Notes: generated from the letters alone by a model not told the origin. 64,000 nt of DNA from an uncultured delta proteobacterium (GCA_963778655.1 CAVZVA010000010.1:288001-352000); one strand, 5' to 3'; counted from the stretch's first letter, positions 19,399 through 31,308 are shown. Program-made: numbers and translations.

Positions 19399-19777
19399 GC
19401 GTGGCGCGCCGGCTCGCGGGGCCGGCGCGGGCGACTTTCGTCTTGACCGGCCGCTGCCCGGGCTCCACGTTTCGCAGCTCCAGGACGGGCCTCGAGGCGC
19501 GCGATGAAACGGAACCGGTGAACATGCCCAACTATCAGGCATCCCCTACCGCCGTTCCGCTCGCGCGCATCGGCCTGCGCACGTCGCCCGCAGCGGCGCG
19601 CTGACAGCCCTGCGCGACTGCCCCCGAGCCAAGTGGCGCCCCCCAGGGCCCCTGGGAGCCCCGCGGCCGCGGGCCACCCGCTCGCCGCCGCTTCGGAGCT
19701 CAGCCGCGCGGCGGCGCGCGCCCGCGCGGCCGCCTTCGACTTGCCTTCGACCGCAACTCTCGACCCGAGCCCCCGAC

Positions 19778-22054
<2,277 letters not shown>

Positions 22055-22067
22055 GGAGGACGAGGTC

Positions 22068-22607
22068 ATGCTGAGCAGAGAACAGCAACGAGCGGAAGCG
22101 GCTGCCGACGGCGCACAGGCCGGCACGCCCGAGCCCGGCGAGCCAGCGGCGGCGCTCGCGCTGCAGGCGCGCGCCGACGGCAGGCTGTGGCTGCTGCAGG
22201 GCGGCAAGGCGACGCCCGTGCAACCTGTGCGCTGCTTTCCGTGGTCGGAGCCCGATCAGCACATCTCGCTGCGCGACGCCGAAGGCGAGGAGCATGGCTA
22301 CGTGCAGGAGCTGCGCGCGCTCGACGCGGACAGCCGCGCCGCGCTCGAGCATGCCTTGCGGCGTGCGGGGCTGGTGCTGGAGGTGCTCGCGATCGACGAC
22401 ATCGACGAGGACCAGGAGATGCGCTGCTATGCGGTGCAGACGCGGCAGGGCCCGCGGCGCTTCCAGACGCGGCTCGAGACCTGGCCGCGGCCGGTACCGG
22501 GCGGCGGGCTGTTGATCGAGGACGTGGCCGGCGACCTGTTCCTGATCGCGCAACCGAACGCGCTCGACGCGGCCAGCCGCCGCCGGCTGTGGCCGTACGT
22601 GGACTAA
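22068..22607 (+). CDS. DUF1854-like protein
   Basis: 'VQPVRCFPWSEPDQHISLRDAEGEE', 'VQTRQG' and 'LDAASRRRL' pattern. GAGGAGG RBS; starts 13 nt after the ABC gene. Confidence 0.8.
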   Translation: MLSREQQRAEAAADGAQAGTPEPGEPAAALALQARADGRLWLLQGGKATPVQPVRCFPWSEPDQHISLRDAEGEEHGYVQELRALDADSRAALEHALRRAGLVLEVLAIDDIDEDQEMRCYAVQTRQGPRRFQTRLETWPRPVPGGGLLIEDVAGDLFLIAQPNALDAASRRRLWPYVD

Positions 22608-22895
22608 ATGACCGATCGTGATTCCGGAACACCCGAACGACCATCGGTCATCGGCGTGCGGCGCAGCCGCACCCCGCAAGAGGGTGAATGCGCGAGGCTT
22701 TGCCTTGCGCACAGGGAGTCGGCGCGACTCCCTCGTAGCTAAAGGAGAAGTCAGAGCTCGCGATTCGATTCCGAATCGCGAGCTCCGATTTGGGGCGACG
22801 GGTCGCTCGCGCTGCGTGAGGCGAGCGCGTTGTTGTCGGGCGCGTTGGAACACAACCCGAGCTTCGCGCCCGCATACGTCGAACGCGCCCTGACA
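22608..22895. repeat. Array of at least six stem-loops between convergent genes
   Basis: Stems at 22608-22651, 22656-22672, 22689-22711, 22713-22733, 22754-22785 (perfect 14 bp) and about 22834-22895. Confidence 0.7.
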
Positions 22896-22902
22896 TGGCC
22901 GG

Positions 22903-24042
22903 TCATGCCACGACGGCTTGCAGCGAACGGCGTGGGCTGTGGTGCACGCTCACCTGCGGGTAGCCGATGCGGAACAGCATCTGGGCGTGGCGGTCTGGGC
23001 CGACGAAGGTGGCGAGCTTCTTGCCGAAGACGGGCGTTAGCGACTGCTGGTGCTCGCGGTCGCGGCGCTCGGCGGCCTGGTTGAGCGGCTGCATGCCGAG
23101 GCCGAGGCGCGTGGCCTGCAGGTGTAGTCGCTGGTATGCGCGGCCCACCGCGAGCTGCTGCGCCGGATCGTCGAGCCGCTCGCTCGAGAGCAGCCCGAAC
23201 GCGGCCACCGCCTTGCACTGCCGGTCGCGGGTGCTGCCGATCCAGTAGTCGTCCGAGCGCTCGCGGCTCGGACGCGGCAGCAGCTTGGCCGCGGCCGTGG
23301 TCAGCCCGCCGAGCGCCTGCGCGTCGAGCGTGAGGCCGTCGCGATGCGTGTCGATCTCGGCGCGCGTGTGCCGGTACCAGCGGTAGCTGGCGCGCGACAT
23401 GCCGAGGTCGGCGACGATCGCGCGAGTCGCCTCCAGCGTCATCTGCGCGAAGCGCGCCTTGTCGGCCGCACTGGTGAGCCAGCGTAGCTGGCGCCCGGGC
23501 GCGTCCTGCGCAAGCGCCGAGAGTTGCGCGAGCTGGGCCTGCGGCAGCGCGCGATCCGCGTAGGCGCCGCGGTTGGTGCAACGCTTGGCCAGGACCGCGT
23601 AGCACGGGTCGACGGCGGGGCCGCCTCCGGGCAGCGCGACGCGGGCCACGTGCGTGGGATCGGCGGGGTCGGGCAGCAGCGTGAGCTGGGGGCGCTGCCC
23701 GTGCTGGCGCGCCGCCACCAGCAGGTTCTCGAGCGCGCAGCCGAGCCCGACCATGAGCTCGCGCTCGATCGGGTCCATGTCGCCCAGGCGCCGGCTGCGG
23801 TCGGCGAACAGCGAGATACCCGCCGCGTCGACTTTGAAGCGCCACGGCTGGGTGTTGTGCGGATTGGCCGCCAGGATCGCGGCGTGCACCAGCTCGAGCC
23901 TGGGATCGGGATAGCTCGCAGCCGGAAAGCGCCAGGGCGCGTAGCCGGGGCCGCTCTCGGGCGCGTAGCCGCCGCAGCCGTCGACCAGCAACATGCTGCC
24001 CCCGGCGCCGCACACCACCAGAAATTCGCGTCTGTTCAGCAT
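22903..24042 (-). CDS. Acg-family FMN-binding nitroreductase-like protein with a Tat signal
   Basis: MLNRREFL twin-arginine motif; AILAANPHNTQPWRF, GCALENL, R.TNR, GRAYQR, FRIGY, SPRR. Confidence 0.88.
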   Translation of the reverse strand: MLNRREFLVVCGAGGSMLLVDGCGGYAPESGPGYAPWRFPAASYPDPRLELVHAAILAANPHNTQPWRFKVDAAGISLFADRSRRLGDMDPIERELMVGLGCALENLLVAARQHGQRPQLTLLPDPADPTHVARVALPGGGPAVDPCYAVLAKRCTNRGAYADRALPQAQLAQLSALAQDAPGRQLRWLTSAADKARFAQMTLEATRAIVADLGMSRASYRWYRHTRAEIDTHRDGLTLDAQALGGLTTAAAKLLPRPSRERSDDYWIGSTRDRQCKAVAAFGLLSSERLDDPAQQLAVGRAYQRLHLQATRLGLGMQPLNQAAERRDREHQQSLTPVFGKKLATFVGPDRHAQMLFRIGYPQVSVHHSPRRSLQAVVA

Positions 24043-24137
24043 TCGCCCCGGAGCCGCGCAGGCTGCTCCGCTGCCATACGACGGCCGCGTGGCGGTTGGC
24101 AAGCGCGGTTGGCAAGACGCGCCCGTCAGCTCACCGA

Positions 24138-25175
24138 TCACGCAAACGGCAGATGGCGCTTGAGCGCGCGCAGCAGGCCGTGGCGCGCGGGGGCCGCCTG
24201 CGCCGGGGCCATACAGGCGTTCCACACCTGCAGCGCGTAGAGCAGCGGCGCGTGATCGGAGAGCGCGTCGAAGGGCAGCTCGCCGAACGATCCGTCGAGC
24301 AGGTGCATCAGTGCTTGCAGCGGCCGCGCCAGCTCGCCTTGCAGGTGGAGCTGGTAGGCGAGCGCACCGCGCACGCCGTCGGCGAGCCGCTCCCGCGGCG
24401 AGAGCTGCGCGTGCAAGACGCCGTCGCGGTCGAGGTATTGCAGCGCACCGAGGTGGCAGTAGCGATCGAGCGAAGGCGGCAAGGGCAGCGGCGGCGGCAG
24501 CCACGGCACGAGGTCGTTGTTGTTGACGAAGCGAAAGGCGGACACCCGCAAGGTCCGGCGAAAGCGCGCGTCGCCCGGACGTGGCGAGCCGAAGGTGTAG
24601 AGTGCGGCGACGTCTGCGATGCGCTGCGCGGCGAGCGTCGCCACCGCGGCCCCCAGGCTGTGGCCGGTCAGAAACAGCGGACGCGCGGGCCGCTCTGCGC
24701 GCAACGCGCGCAGGTATTCGGCGAGGCCGTCCGAGCCGCTCCACAGCGCGTCGAGGTAGCGCTTGGCGCCAGCATGCACTCTGCCGCCGAAACCCGACTC
24801 GACCAGCTCGAGATCGAGATCGGTGCACAGGTCGCGAACCGCATCGGCCGATTTGATCTCGGTGCCGCGAAAGGCGGCGATCGCGAACGCGTCGTTGTGC
24901 GCCACGAAGCACTGGCTGCCGCCGGCATCGAACGCCTGAAAGCCAGCGAGCCCGGCGGCTGCCAGGCGAGGACGGGCGAAATCGGGCGCAGCGTAGGCCA
25001 ATAGCGCGGCGTCCACCAGCCAGAACGCCTGCACCGGGCTCGGCGTCGCGCGCGCGGGGTCGACGCGCGGGTCGAAGGGATAGCGCTCGGCGTGCTCGAA
25101 GTAGGCGTAGCTCAGGCTCGGTGGGAAGAGATTGGCGCCGTCTACCTGCGGCAAGGGCTTGCGCTGCGTGTTCAC
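24138..25175 (-). CDS. Class 3 lipase
   Basis: AFRGT, VH.G, TGHSLGAA nucleophile elbow, YTFGSPRPG, NNNDLVP, DH. GGAGA before GTG 25175. Confidence 0.9.
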   Translation of the reverse strand: MNTQRKPLPQVDGANLFPPSLSYAYFEHAERYPFDPRVDPARATPSPVQAFWLVDAALLAYAAPDFARPRLAAAGLAGFQAFDAGGSQCFVAHNDAFAIAAFRGTEIKSADAVRDLCTDLDLELVESGFGGRVHAGAKRYLDALWSGSDGLAEYLRALRAERPARPLFLTGHSLGAAVATLAAQRIADVAALYTFGSPRPGDARFRRTLRVSAFRFVNNNDLVPWLPPPLPLPPSLDRYCHLGALQYLDRDGVLHAQLSPRERLADGVRGALAYQLHLQGELARPLQALMHLLDGSFGELPFDALSDHAPLLYALQVWNACMAPAQAAPARHGLLRALKRHLPFA

Positions 25176-25361
25176 GCGTTCTCCGTGGCTGCTGGACCGA
25201 CCGCAAGCGTCGGCGATGCGCGCGGCGTTGTCGAGAGCGCGGAGCGGTGCGACCTCCCGGAGCTCGCGCAACTTGGCTATGCTCCGCCCCATGCAAGACC
25301 AGCTCATCGTGATCCTCGGGGCCGAGACCCCGCCACCCTTCGGGTTCCGCCCGCCGCAGCC

Positions 25362-26714
25362 GTGAGCGCCGCCTTCGCCCCAAAGCGCCGCGGCTTGCGC
25401 GACTTCACGCGGACCGCGCTCGCGCTCGCGGCCGCCGCGGCGACTGCGCCAGGCTGCAGCGGCGCGGGCGGCGCCGTGCCGCGCGTCGCGCGCACAACCG
25501 GTGCGGAGCAAGCCCGCGCGTCGCAGGTGCCGCCGGCGTACGCGCCGAGGATCGTGGCGTACGTCAACTGCCTGTGCGGTTTCGGCGTCGGGAGCAGCGG
25601 CGGCGCGTGCCTGCAGCAGCCCGACCCCACGGTCAATCAGGTCAAAGCCTGGGAAGAGGCCGGCCGGAGCCCGATCACGCACTACGCGATCGCCTTCCTG
25701 TCGTTCCGCGGTGCGCGGATCACGACCGACGACGCCTCGGTGTGGAACGCTGGCCCCGGCAGCAGCGAGGACTTCGCGCTCGACGACCGCCTGCGCGCTG
25801 CGCTGCAGGCGGCCGAGCGCAACGGCAAGCGGGTGCTGCTCTCGATCGGCGGCGAGGCCGGCTCCGAGCGCTTTCTGGCGTTCTGGCGGGCGTTCGGTGC
25901 GGGCAGCGCAGAGCGCGTGCCGCGCATGCGCGCCGAGCTGCTACGCGTGGCGCAGCGCTTCTCCGCGCAGAACGGGCTGCGCGTGGACGGCTACGACGTC
26001 GACCTCGAGCTGGGGGCGCGCTACGCGCCCGACTCGCCGCAATATCTGTCCACGCGCGACCTGATCAACGCCGTGCCCGAGCCGTACCAGGTCAGCTTTG
26101 CGCCGCAGGTGGCCAACGGGCTGTGCGCCGCGCCCGCGCCCGGCGACGCGCTGGGTCCGGAGGTGGCGCTCGGCGGCGCCTGCGACGCGCAAGCGGGCAG
26201 CGGGGAAGCCTGGTCGCTCGCGCAGCTCGATCGCGACTGCACGCGCGCGGACGGCTCACCCAAGCTCGCGTACTTCGGTGTCCAGTACTACAACGCCGAG
26301 CAGGACCAGTGCTGCGGCGGCGGGCAGGGCGCGGGCGCGATGGTGCGCGGCACGGCGCAGCACTACGTGAACCTCGCGAACGGCTGGCCGGCCGGCGCGT
26401 GGCCCGCCTTCGCAGGCGTCGGCGCCAACCGGCTGGTGCTGGGCAAGCCTGCATGCAGCGGCTGCGCGTTCAGCAACTACCTCGCGCTCGAGGACATGCA
26501 CGCGCTGCTCGCCGCGCTGGACCGACGGCTGAGCCGCCCCATGGGCGGCCTGCTGTTCTGGGATCTATGCCGCATGCTCGGGCGCGGCGGCAGCCTGTGC
26601 GTGGGCGGCCACTGCCAGCCGAGTTGGGGAGGCGAGCACGCGCTGCAAAACCTGCAGTCGCTGCAGCAAGGCATGGCCGCCCTCAACCCCGCCCCTGACC
26701 CCAGCCCCCGGTAG
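25362..26714 (+). CDS. Glycoside hydrolase family 18 (chitinase-like) lipoprotein
   Basis: KRVLLSIGG, DGYDVDLE (DxxDxDxE), APQ, VQYYN, LVLGKP, GGLLFWD. RR-containing signal ending APGC; start approximate. Confidence 0.8.
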   Translation: MSAAFAPKRRGLRDFTRTALALAAAAATAPGCSGAGGAVPRVARTTGAEQARASQVPPAYAPRIVAYVNCLCGFGVGSSGGACLQQPDPTVNQVKAWEEAGRSPITHYAIAFLSFRGARITTDDASVWNAGPGSSEDFALDDRLRAALQAAERNGKRVLLSIGGEAGSERFLAFWRAFGAGSAERVPRMRAELLRVAQRFSAQNGLRVDGYDVDLELGARYAPDSPQYLSTRDLINAVPEPYQVSFAPQVANGLCAAPAPGDALGPEVALGGACDAQAGSGEAWSLAQLDRDCTRADGSPKLAYFGVQYYNAEQDQCCGGGQGAGAMVRGTAQHYVNLANGWPAGAWPAFAGVGANRLVLGKPACSGCAFSNYLALEDMHALLAALDRRLSRPMGGLLFWDLCRMLGRGGSLCVGGHCQPSWGGEHALQNLQSLQQGMAALNPAPDPSPR

Positions 26715-26754
26715 TCGTGTGCGTGCTCGTGCGCGTCGCTGGTCCTCCCCGCGC

Positions 26755-27762
26755 TCAGTGGGTGGCGCGGCGCATGGCCAGGAACGCCCCCTGGGGGAGC
26801 TTTTGGGGATCGTGCGTCACGCGGCCCTTTTCGCTCATCGCGAGCCAGATCGGCTCGTGGCCGCGCCGGGCCTCGAAGTACAACACCAGCACGCGGTGCC
26901 GGTGGCGTTTGGTGAGCCAGAGGTCGAAGGCGTGGGCCTCGTCGTTCTTGTAGAAGCCGGTTAGCGCCGCGTGCGCTGCGTCCAGCGCCTCGCCCATCAC
27001 CTTTCCGTCGCTGTCCACGTCGTCGGCCTCGACGGGCAGCACCTTCCAGGCCGCCTGCAGGGCGCTGTTCTGGGCGGCCTCGGCGGCGGTCGCGCGCGCT
27101 GCGCTGCGCAGGCGCACGCGGCTGCGCGTTGCGAACGAGACGATCGGATCGCGCCTGCGCTCGAGGCGCGCGCCGGCAAAGCCGACCGAGATCAGACCCG
27201 CGAGCAGCAGCAGGGCCAGGCGCCGGGGTGCGTTCTTCTTCTGGAAGTGCACGGCGGTGGTCACGATCGGCATCAGGAACATCAGCACCACGATCGCCTC
27301 GACGCCCAGCGTACCGGCGGCGATCGGCAGGAAGTCGCGCGGCGTGAGCTCGGGTGGAAATGCGTGCCAGTACTGCACCGCGAGCGAGACCAGCAGCAAT
27401 CCGAAGCTGGCCAGGGTGTAGCCCTTGTAGAGCAGGAACTCGCGGCGAGCCTCGGCAACCGCGAGCCAGTAGGGCAACAGCAGCGGGTAGAACACGTAGT
27501 ACAGGAACGGCCGCGGAGGCCGCTCGCGGTAATACGCCTCGAACTTGAGCTGATGCGCGAGCAACGCGGCTGCGAGGCGCGAGCGGCTGGCGAGGCGGCG
27601 TGCGGGCTCGCCCGCGAAGAACACCACGAGCGCGAGGCCTACCTGCGCCATCGCGCCGCCGACCGGAAACAGCAGCGCGATGAACACCAGCAGAAACGGC
27701 GCAAAGGCGAAGAACGCGGCGCGCAGCGCGAAGTCTGCGACGGCTGTGACCCGGGAGCGCAT
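26755..27762 (-). CDS. Hypothetical membrane protein
   Basis: About six hydrophobic segments plus a soluble C-terminal domain; normal codon pattern. Confidence 0.7.
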   Translation of the reverse strand: MRSRVTAVADFALRAAFFAFAPFLLVFIALLFPVGGAMAQVGLALVVFFAGEPARRLASRSRLAAALLAHQLKFEAYYRERPPRPFLYYVFYPLLLPYWLAVAEARREFLLYKGYTLASFGLLLVSLAVQYWHAFPPELTPRDFLPIAAGTLGVEAIVVLMFLMPIVTTAVHFQKKNAPRRLALLLLAGLISVGFAGARLERRRDPIVSFATRSRVRLRSAARATAAEAAQNSALQAAWKVLPVEADDVDSDGKVMGEALDAAHAALTGFYKNDEAHAFDLWLTKRHRHRVLVLYFEARRGHEPIWLAMSEKGRVTHDPQKLPQGAFLAMRRATH

Positions 27763-27837
27763 CCGGCGAACGTTCCGGTCGCTGCGCACGGTAGCCCAAG
27801 CCAGGGCTCTGCTCAACGCCACCTGGGACTTGCGCGT

Positions 27838-28306
27838 CTACTCGTGCTGGAAGTCGCCGACCAGCGGGACCTTGCTCCCCCTTGCTCCCCAGGCTCGAAA
27901 ACACCGCGCTGCGGTCCTTGCACTGCAAGGTTTCCTCGAGCGCCGCGGTGCTGACGTAGCTCACGGCCCGCACGCCGGCCTGCCAGTCGAAGCCGGGAGC
28001 GCCGCAATCGAACAGCGCCGGCAGCCCGATGATTACCGCGCTGTCGACGCCGCACACGCCGTCCGCCTCGGCCTCCTGGATTGCGTTGCGGCCGATGGCG
28101 TTGGTCTGGCACAGGTCGGTCGGCAGCAGGTGCCCGCCGCCGGTGATGCCGACCAGCCGCTTGGTCACGTCGGGCGCCCCGGGCGAGGCGTTGTAGGCGT
28201 CGGTGTCGGTGGTCGCGGGCAGCGGATTGGGCGGGCAGACGATCGGATCGCGCCCAGCTCCACGGCGTCGTAGCCGATGACTTGATCGTCGATGCCCGCG
28301 ATGCCA
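27838..28306 (-). pseudogene. 3' remnant of a probable alpha/beta-hydrolase gene, broken by two tandem duplications
   Basis: Removing one copy each of GATCG (28241-28250) and CTTGCTCCCC (27871-27890) gives one frame, GIAGIDDQVIGY...GITGGGHLLPTDLC...VGDFQHE*. No 5' part or start is visible. Confidence 0.7.
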
Positions 28307-28407
28307 GCCCCGGGTAGTCGCAGGCAGGCACTGTCCATACCGACGCCCGCGCGCGCAAGGCGCGTGGGCGCGCGTGTCGCCTCTGGGCGACGTGTCGGCG
28401 GCGCCGG

Positions 28408-29580
28408 CTACAGGTAGCGCGTCCAGCCGTCGGGATGGGCTCGTTTGTAGGCGCCGTAACGCACGCACGCCGGATACAACAGCGCCACGATTGCCGCCCC
28501 GCCGAGGTATGCGCCCGCGACCCCGAGCTTGCCGTGCAGGCCGAGCGCGAAGGCGATCAGCTCCAGCAGGTGCACGTGCAGCACGTAGTAGAACAGCGCG
28601 GTCTGGCCCAGCACGCGCAGCAGCCCCGCGCCGGGAAAGCGCAGGCCGCGGCGCGCGAGCACGAAGAAGCCCGCGAGCGCGAGCGCCATCAACCCCAGCT
28701 CGAGCGCGTCGTAACTGAGGCTCGGCGGGTACTTGCTCACGTGCAGCCACTGCACGAGCGAGCCATCGTCGCGCAGCAGCTGCATGTTGCCGTAGCCGTT
28801 GGCCCCGCGCACCAGCGCAAACAGCAGCAGCGCGGCGACGCCTGCCCAGAGCAGCGCCCGCTCGGGCGCGCGCGGCTGCCCGAACGCGAGCCAGCGCCCG
28901 CAGGCCCAACCGAGCATCATGATCGCGAGCCAGGGCAGCGTCGGGTAGGCGATGATCAGCTTGCCGAGCTGCGCGCCGCTGAGCAGGAACGCCAAAGGCA
29001 GCGGCGGCTGCGCGCCGTTGCCCGCGAGCGCGAGCAGGCCGCCCGTGAGCGCCTCGCCGCCCAGCATCAGCGCCAGCGCAGAGCCCGCGAGCCAGGGCGT
29101 GGACAACCGCCGCAGCAGCGCCATCGCGATCATGCTGGTGCCGATGCCGTACATCACTTGCAGCAGCACGAAGCGCCCGCCGGTGAAGGCCCAGGTCATC
29201 CACAGCGGATCGAGCGCGACGATGATCAGCCCGCGCTGCAGCAAGTAGCGGTCGATCGAACGCGCCGACTCACCGCGCGCGAGCCTGCGCTCGAGGCTGA
29301 GCGCGACCGCGGTGCCCGCCAGGAACACGAACGAGGGCGCGCACAGGTGCGTGATCCAGCGCGTGAGGAACTGCGCCGCGGGCAACACCGTGCCGGCCTT
29401 GTACATGCGCGCCGAGTCCGAGAACACGCGCCCGCCGTTGAACGCGCCGGAGGCGTGATCGATCGACATCAGCACCATCACCAGCCCGCGCATCAGGTCG
29501 AGCGGGGCGATGCGCGCGGCCGCGGCGCTGGCGCTCGCGCCGGGGGCGGCGGCGGGTTGGCTGAGGGCGGCGGTCGGCAC
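28408..29580 (-). CDS. DUF1624 / HGSNAT-like membrane acyltransferase-domain protein
   Basis: RIAPLDLMRGLVMVLMSIDH, TRWITHLCAP.FVFLAG, YP.LPW, SKYPPSL, FYY.LH. Confidence 0.85.
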   Translation of the reverse strand: MPTAALSQPAAAPGASASAAAARIAPLDLMRGLVMVLMSIDHASGAFNGGRVFSDSARMYKAGTVLPAAQFLTRWITHLCAPSFVFLAGTAVALSLERRLARGESARSIDRYLLQRGLIIVALDPLWMTWAFTGGRFVLLQVMYGIGTSMIAMALLRRLSTPWLAGSALALMLGGEALTGGLLALAGNGAQPPLPLAFLLSGAQLGKLIIAYPTLPWLAIMMLGWACGRWLAFGQPRAPERALLWAGVAALLLFALVRGANGYGNMQLLRDDGSLVQWLHVSKYPPSLSYDALELGLMALALAGFFVLARRGLRFPGAGLLRVLGQTALFYYVLHVHLLELIAFALGLHGKLGVAGAYLGGAAIVALLYPACVRYGAYKRAHPDGWTRYL

Positions 29581-29724
29581 GGCGGGGTGATAGCAGGTTT
29601 GCAAGACGCAAAGAACGGCGAGCAGGGGCTGGCGCCGGATCGGAGCCGGGCGGCTCGCGGTGGCGTCGGGTGTGGCTGCGGGCGCGATTTCGCGCGGGCG
29701 TTGGGAGCGGCTATGCTGCCGTCC

Positions 29725-31230
29725 ATGAGCTTGCGAGCCAAAGAGGCGGCGCCCGCGCGGCGGATGCTGCTCTTGTCGATGACGTGCGCGGCGGCGATCG
29801 GCTGGATGGCCGGTTGCGATTCGCAAGGCGCGTCGCCGCCGGCAGCGCAGAGCCCGGCGGCCAAGGCCACGGTCGCACCCCCGACCCCGCCCGTGAGCCC
29901 GCTGGTGTTGCCCTATGGGGCGGTCGCGGCGCGCATCGAAAAGGAGACGCGCGGCAGCGGGCGCGCGTACGCGCTGCTGCAGGAGCTGACCGACGACGTG
30001 GGCGCGCGCATCAGCGGCAGCCCGGCGCTCGAGCAGGCGATCGCCTGGGCGGTGGAACGCCTGCGGGAAGCCGGCCACGAGGTGCAGGTCGAGCCGGTCA
30101 AGGTCGACAAGTGGGTGCGCGGCGCGGAGTCGCTGCAGCTGCTGGAGCCGCGGCCGCGGCGCATGCCCATGCTCGGGCTGGGCGGCTCGGTCGGCACCCC
30201 GAGCGGCGGCATCACCGCAGAGGTGGTGGTGGTGCACAGCAAAGAGGAGCTGAGCACGCTCGGCGACAAGGCTCGCGGCAAGATCGTGCTGTTCGACGTG
30301 GTGATGCCGCCCTACGACCCCAAGACCGGCGATCCCGGCTACGGCAAGGTGGTGGGCATTCGCGTGGGCGCCGCGCGCATGGCCGCCGAGGTCGGCGCGG
30401 TGGCCGCGCTGGTGCGCTCGCTGACCGCGAACAGCCTGGGCGCGCCGCACGCCGGCGCGATGCGCTATGGCGACGCCAAGCGCCGCATTCCGGCCGCGGC
30501 GATCACAGTCGAGGACGCGGCGCTGCTCTCGCGGCTGCAGGCCCGCGGCAAGAAGATCGTGGTCAAGCTCACGATGGGCGCCTCCGACCAGGGCATGGTG
30601 GGCTCTGCCAACGTGGTCGCGCAGCTCGACGGGCACGAGCACCCGGAGCAGGTGGTGCTGATGGGCGGGCACCTGGACTCATGGGACGTGGGGCAGGGCG
30701 CCCAGGACGACGGCGCGGGCGTGGTGACCGCGATCGAGGCGCTCAACGTGTTGCGCCGGTTGCAGCTCACGCCGCGGCGCAGCGTGCGCGTGGTGCTGTG
30801 GACCAACGAGGAGACCGCGCTGGCCGGCGCCAAGCAATACGCGCTCGATCACGCGGCCGAGCTCGGCACACACGTGGCCGGCATCGAGACCGACAGCGGC
30901 GGCGCGCCGGTGGTGCGGCTGATGCTCGAGCTCGCGGACAAGAGCAAGCAAGCGCAGGCGCACGCCAAGCTGGCCGAGCTCGAGCCCCTGCTGCAGCCCC
31001 TGCACGTGGGAGAGGTCAAGGACGGCTACTCCGGCGCGGACCTCGATCCGCTGCGCGAGGCAGGCGTGCCCGGCATCGGCCTGCTGCACGACATGTCTCA
31101 CTACTTCGACATCCATCACTCCGAGGCCGACACGCTGGACAAGGTGCGCCCCGAAGCGCTCGACCAGAGCGTCGCAACGCTCGCGATCACCGCCTTCGTG
31201 CTCGCGGACATGCCGCAGACGCTGCGCTAA
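29725..31230 (+). CDS. M28 metallopeptidase lipoprotein (carboxypeptidase Q-like, PA domain)
   Basis: GGHLDSWD, GAQDDGAG, WTNEE, ETDSG, YFDIHHSEADTLDK; lipobox MAGC. Confidence 0.92.
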   Translation: MSLRAKEAAPARRMLLLSMTCAAAIGWMAGCDSQGASPPAAQSPAAKATVAPPTPPVSPLVLPYGAVAARIEKETRGSGRAYALLQELTDDVGARISGSPALEQAIAWAVERLREAGHEVQVEPVKVDKWVRGAESLQLLEPRPRRMPMLGLGGSVGTPSGGITAEVVVVHSKEELSTLGDKARGKIVLFDVVMPPYDPKTGDPGYGKVVGIRVGAARMAAEVGAVAALVRSLTANSLGAPHAGAMRYGDAKRRIPAAAITVEDAALLSRLQARGKKIVVKLTMGASDQGMVGSANVVAQLDGHEHPEQVVLMGGHLDSWDVGQGAQDDGAGVVTAIEALNVLRRLQLTPRRSVRVVLWTNEETALAGAKQYALDHAAELGTHVAGIETDSGGAPVVRLMLELADKSKQAQAHAKLAELEPLLQPLHVGEVKDGYSGADLDPLREAGVPGIGLLHDMSHYFDIHHSEADTLDKVRPEALDQSVATLAITAFVLADMPQTLR

Positions 31231-31308
31231 CCCATTTGCTCGCCCTGGCCCGTCCGTGTCCGAGCCGGGGCGGCCGAGGCGCGGCGGCCATGCTATATCT
31301 GGTGCGGG

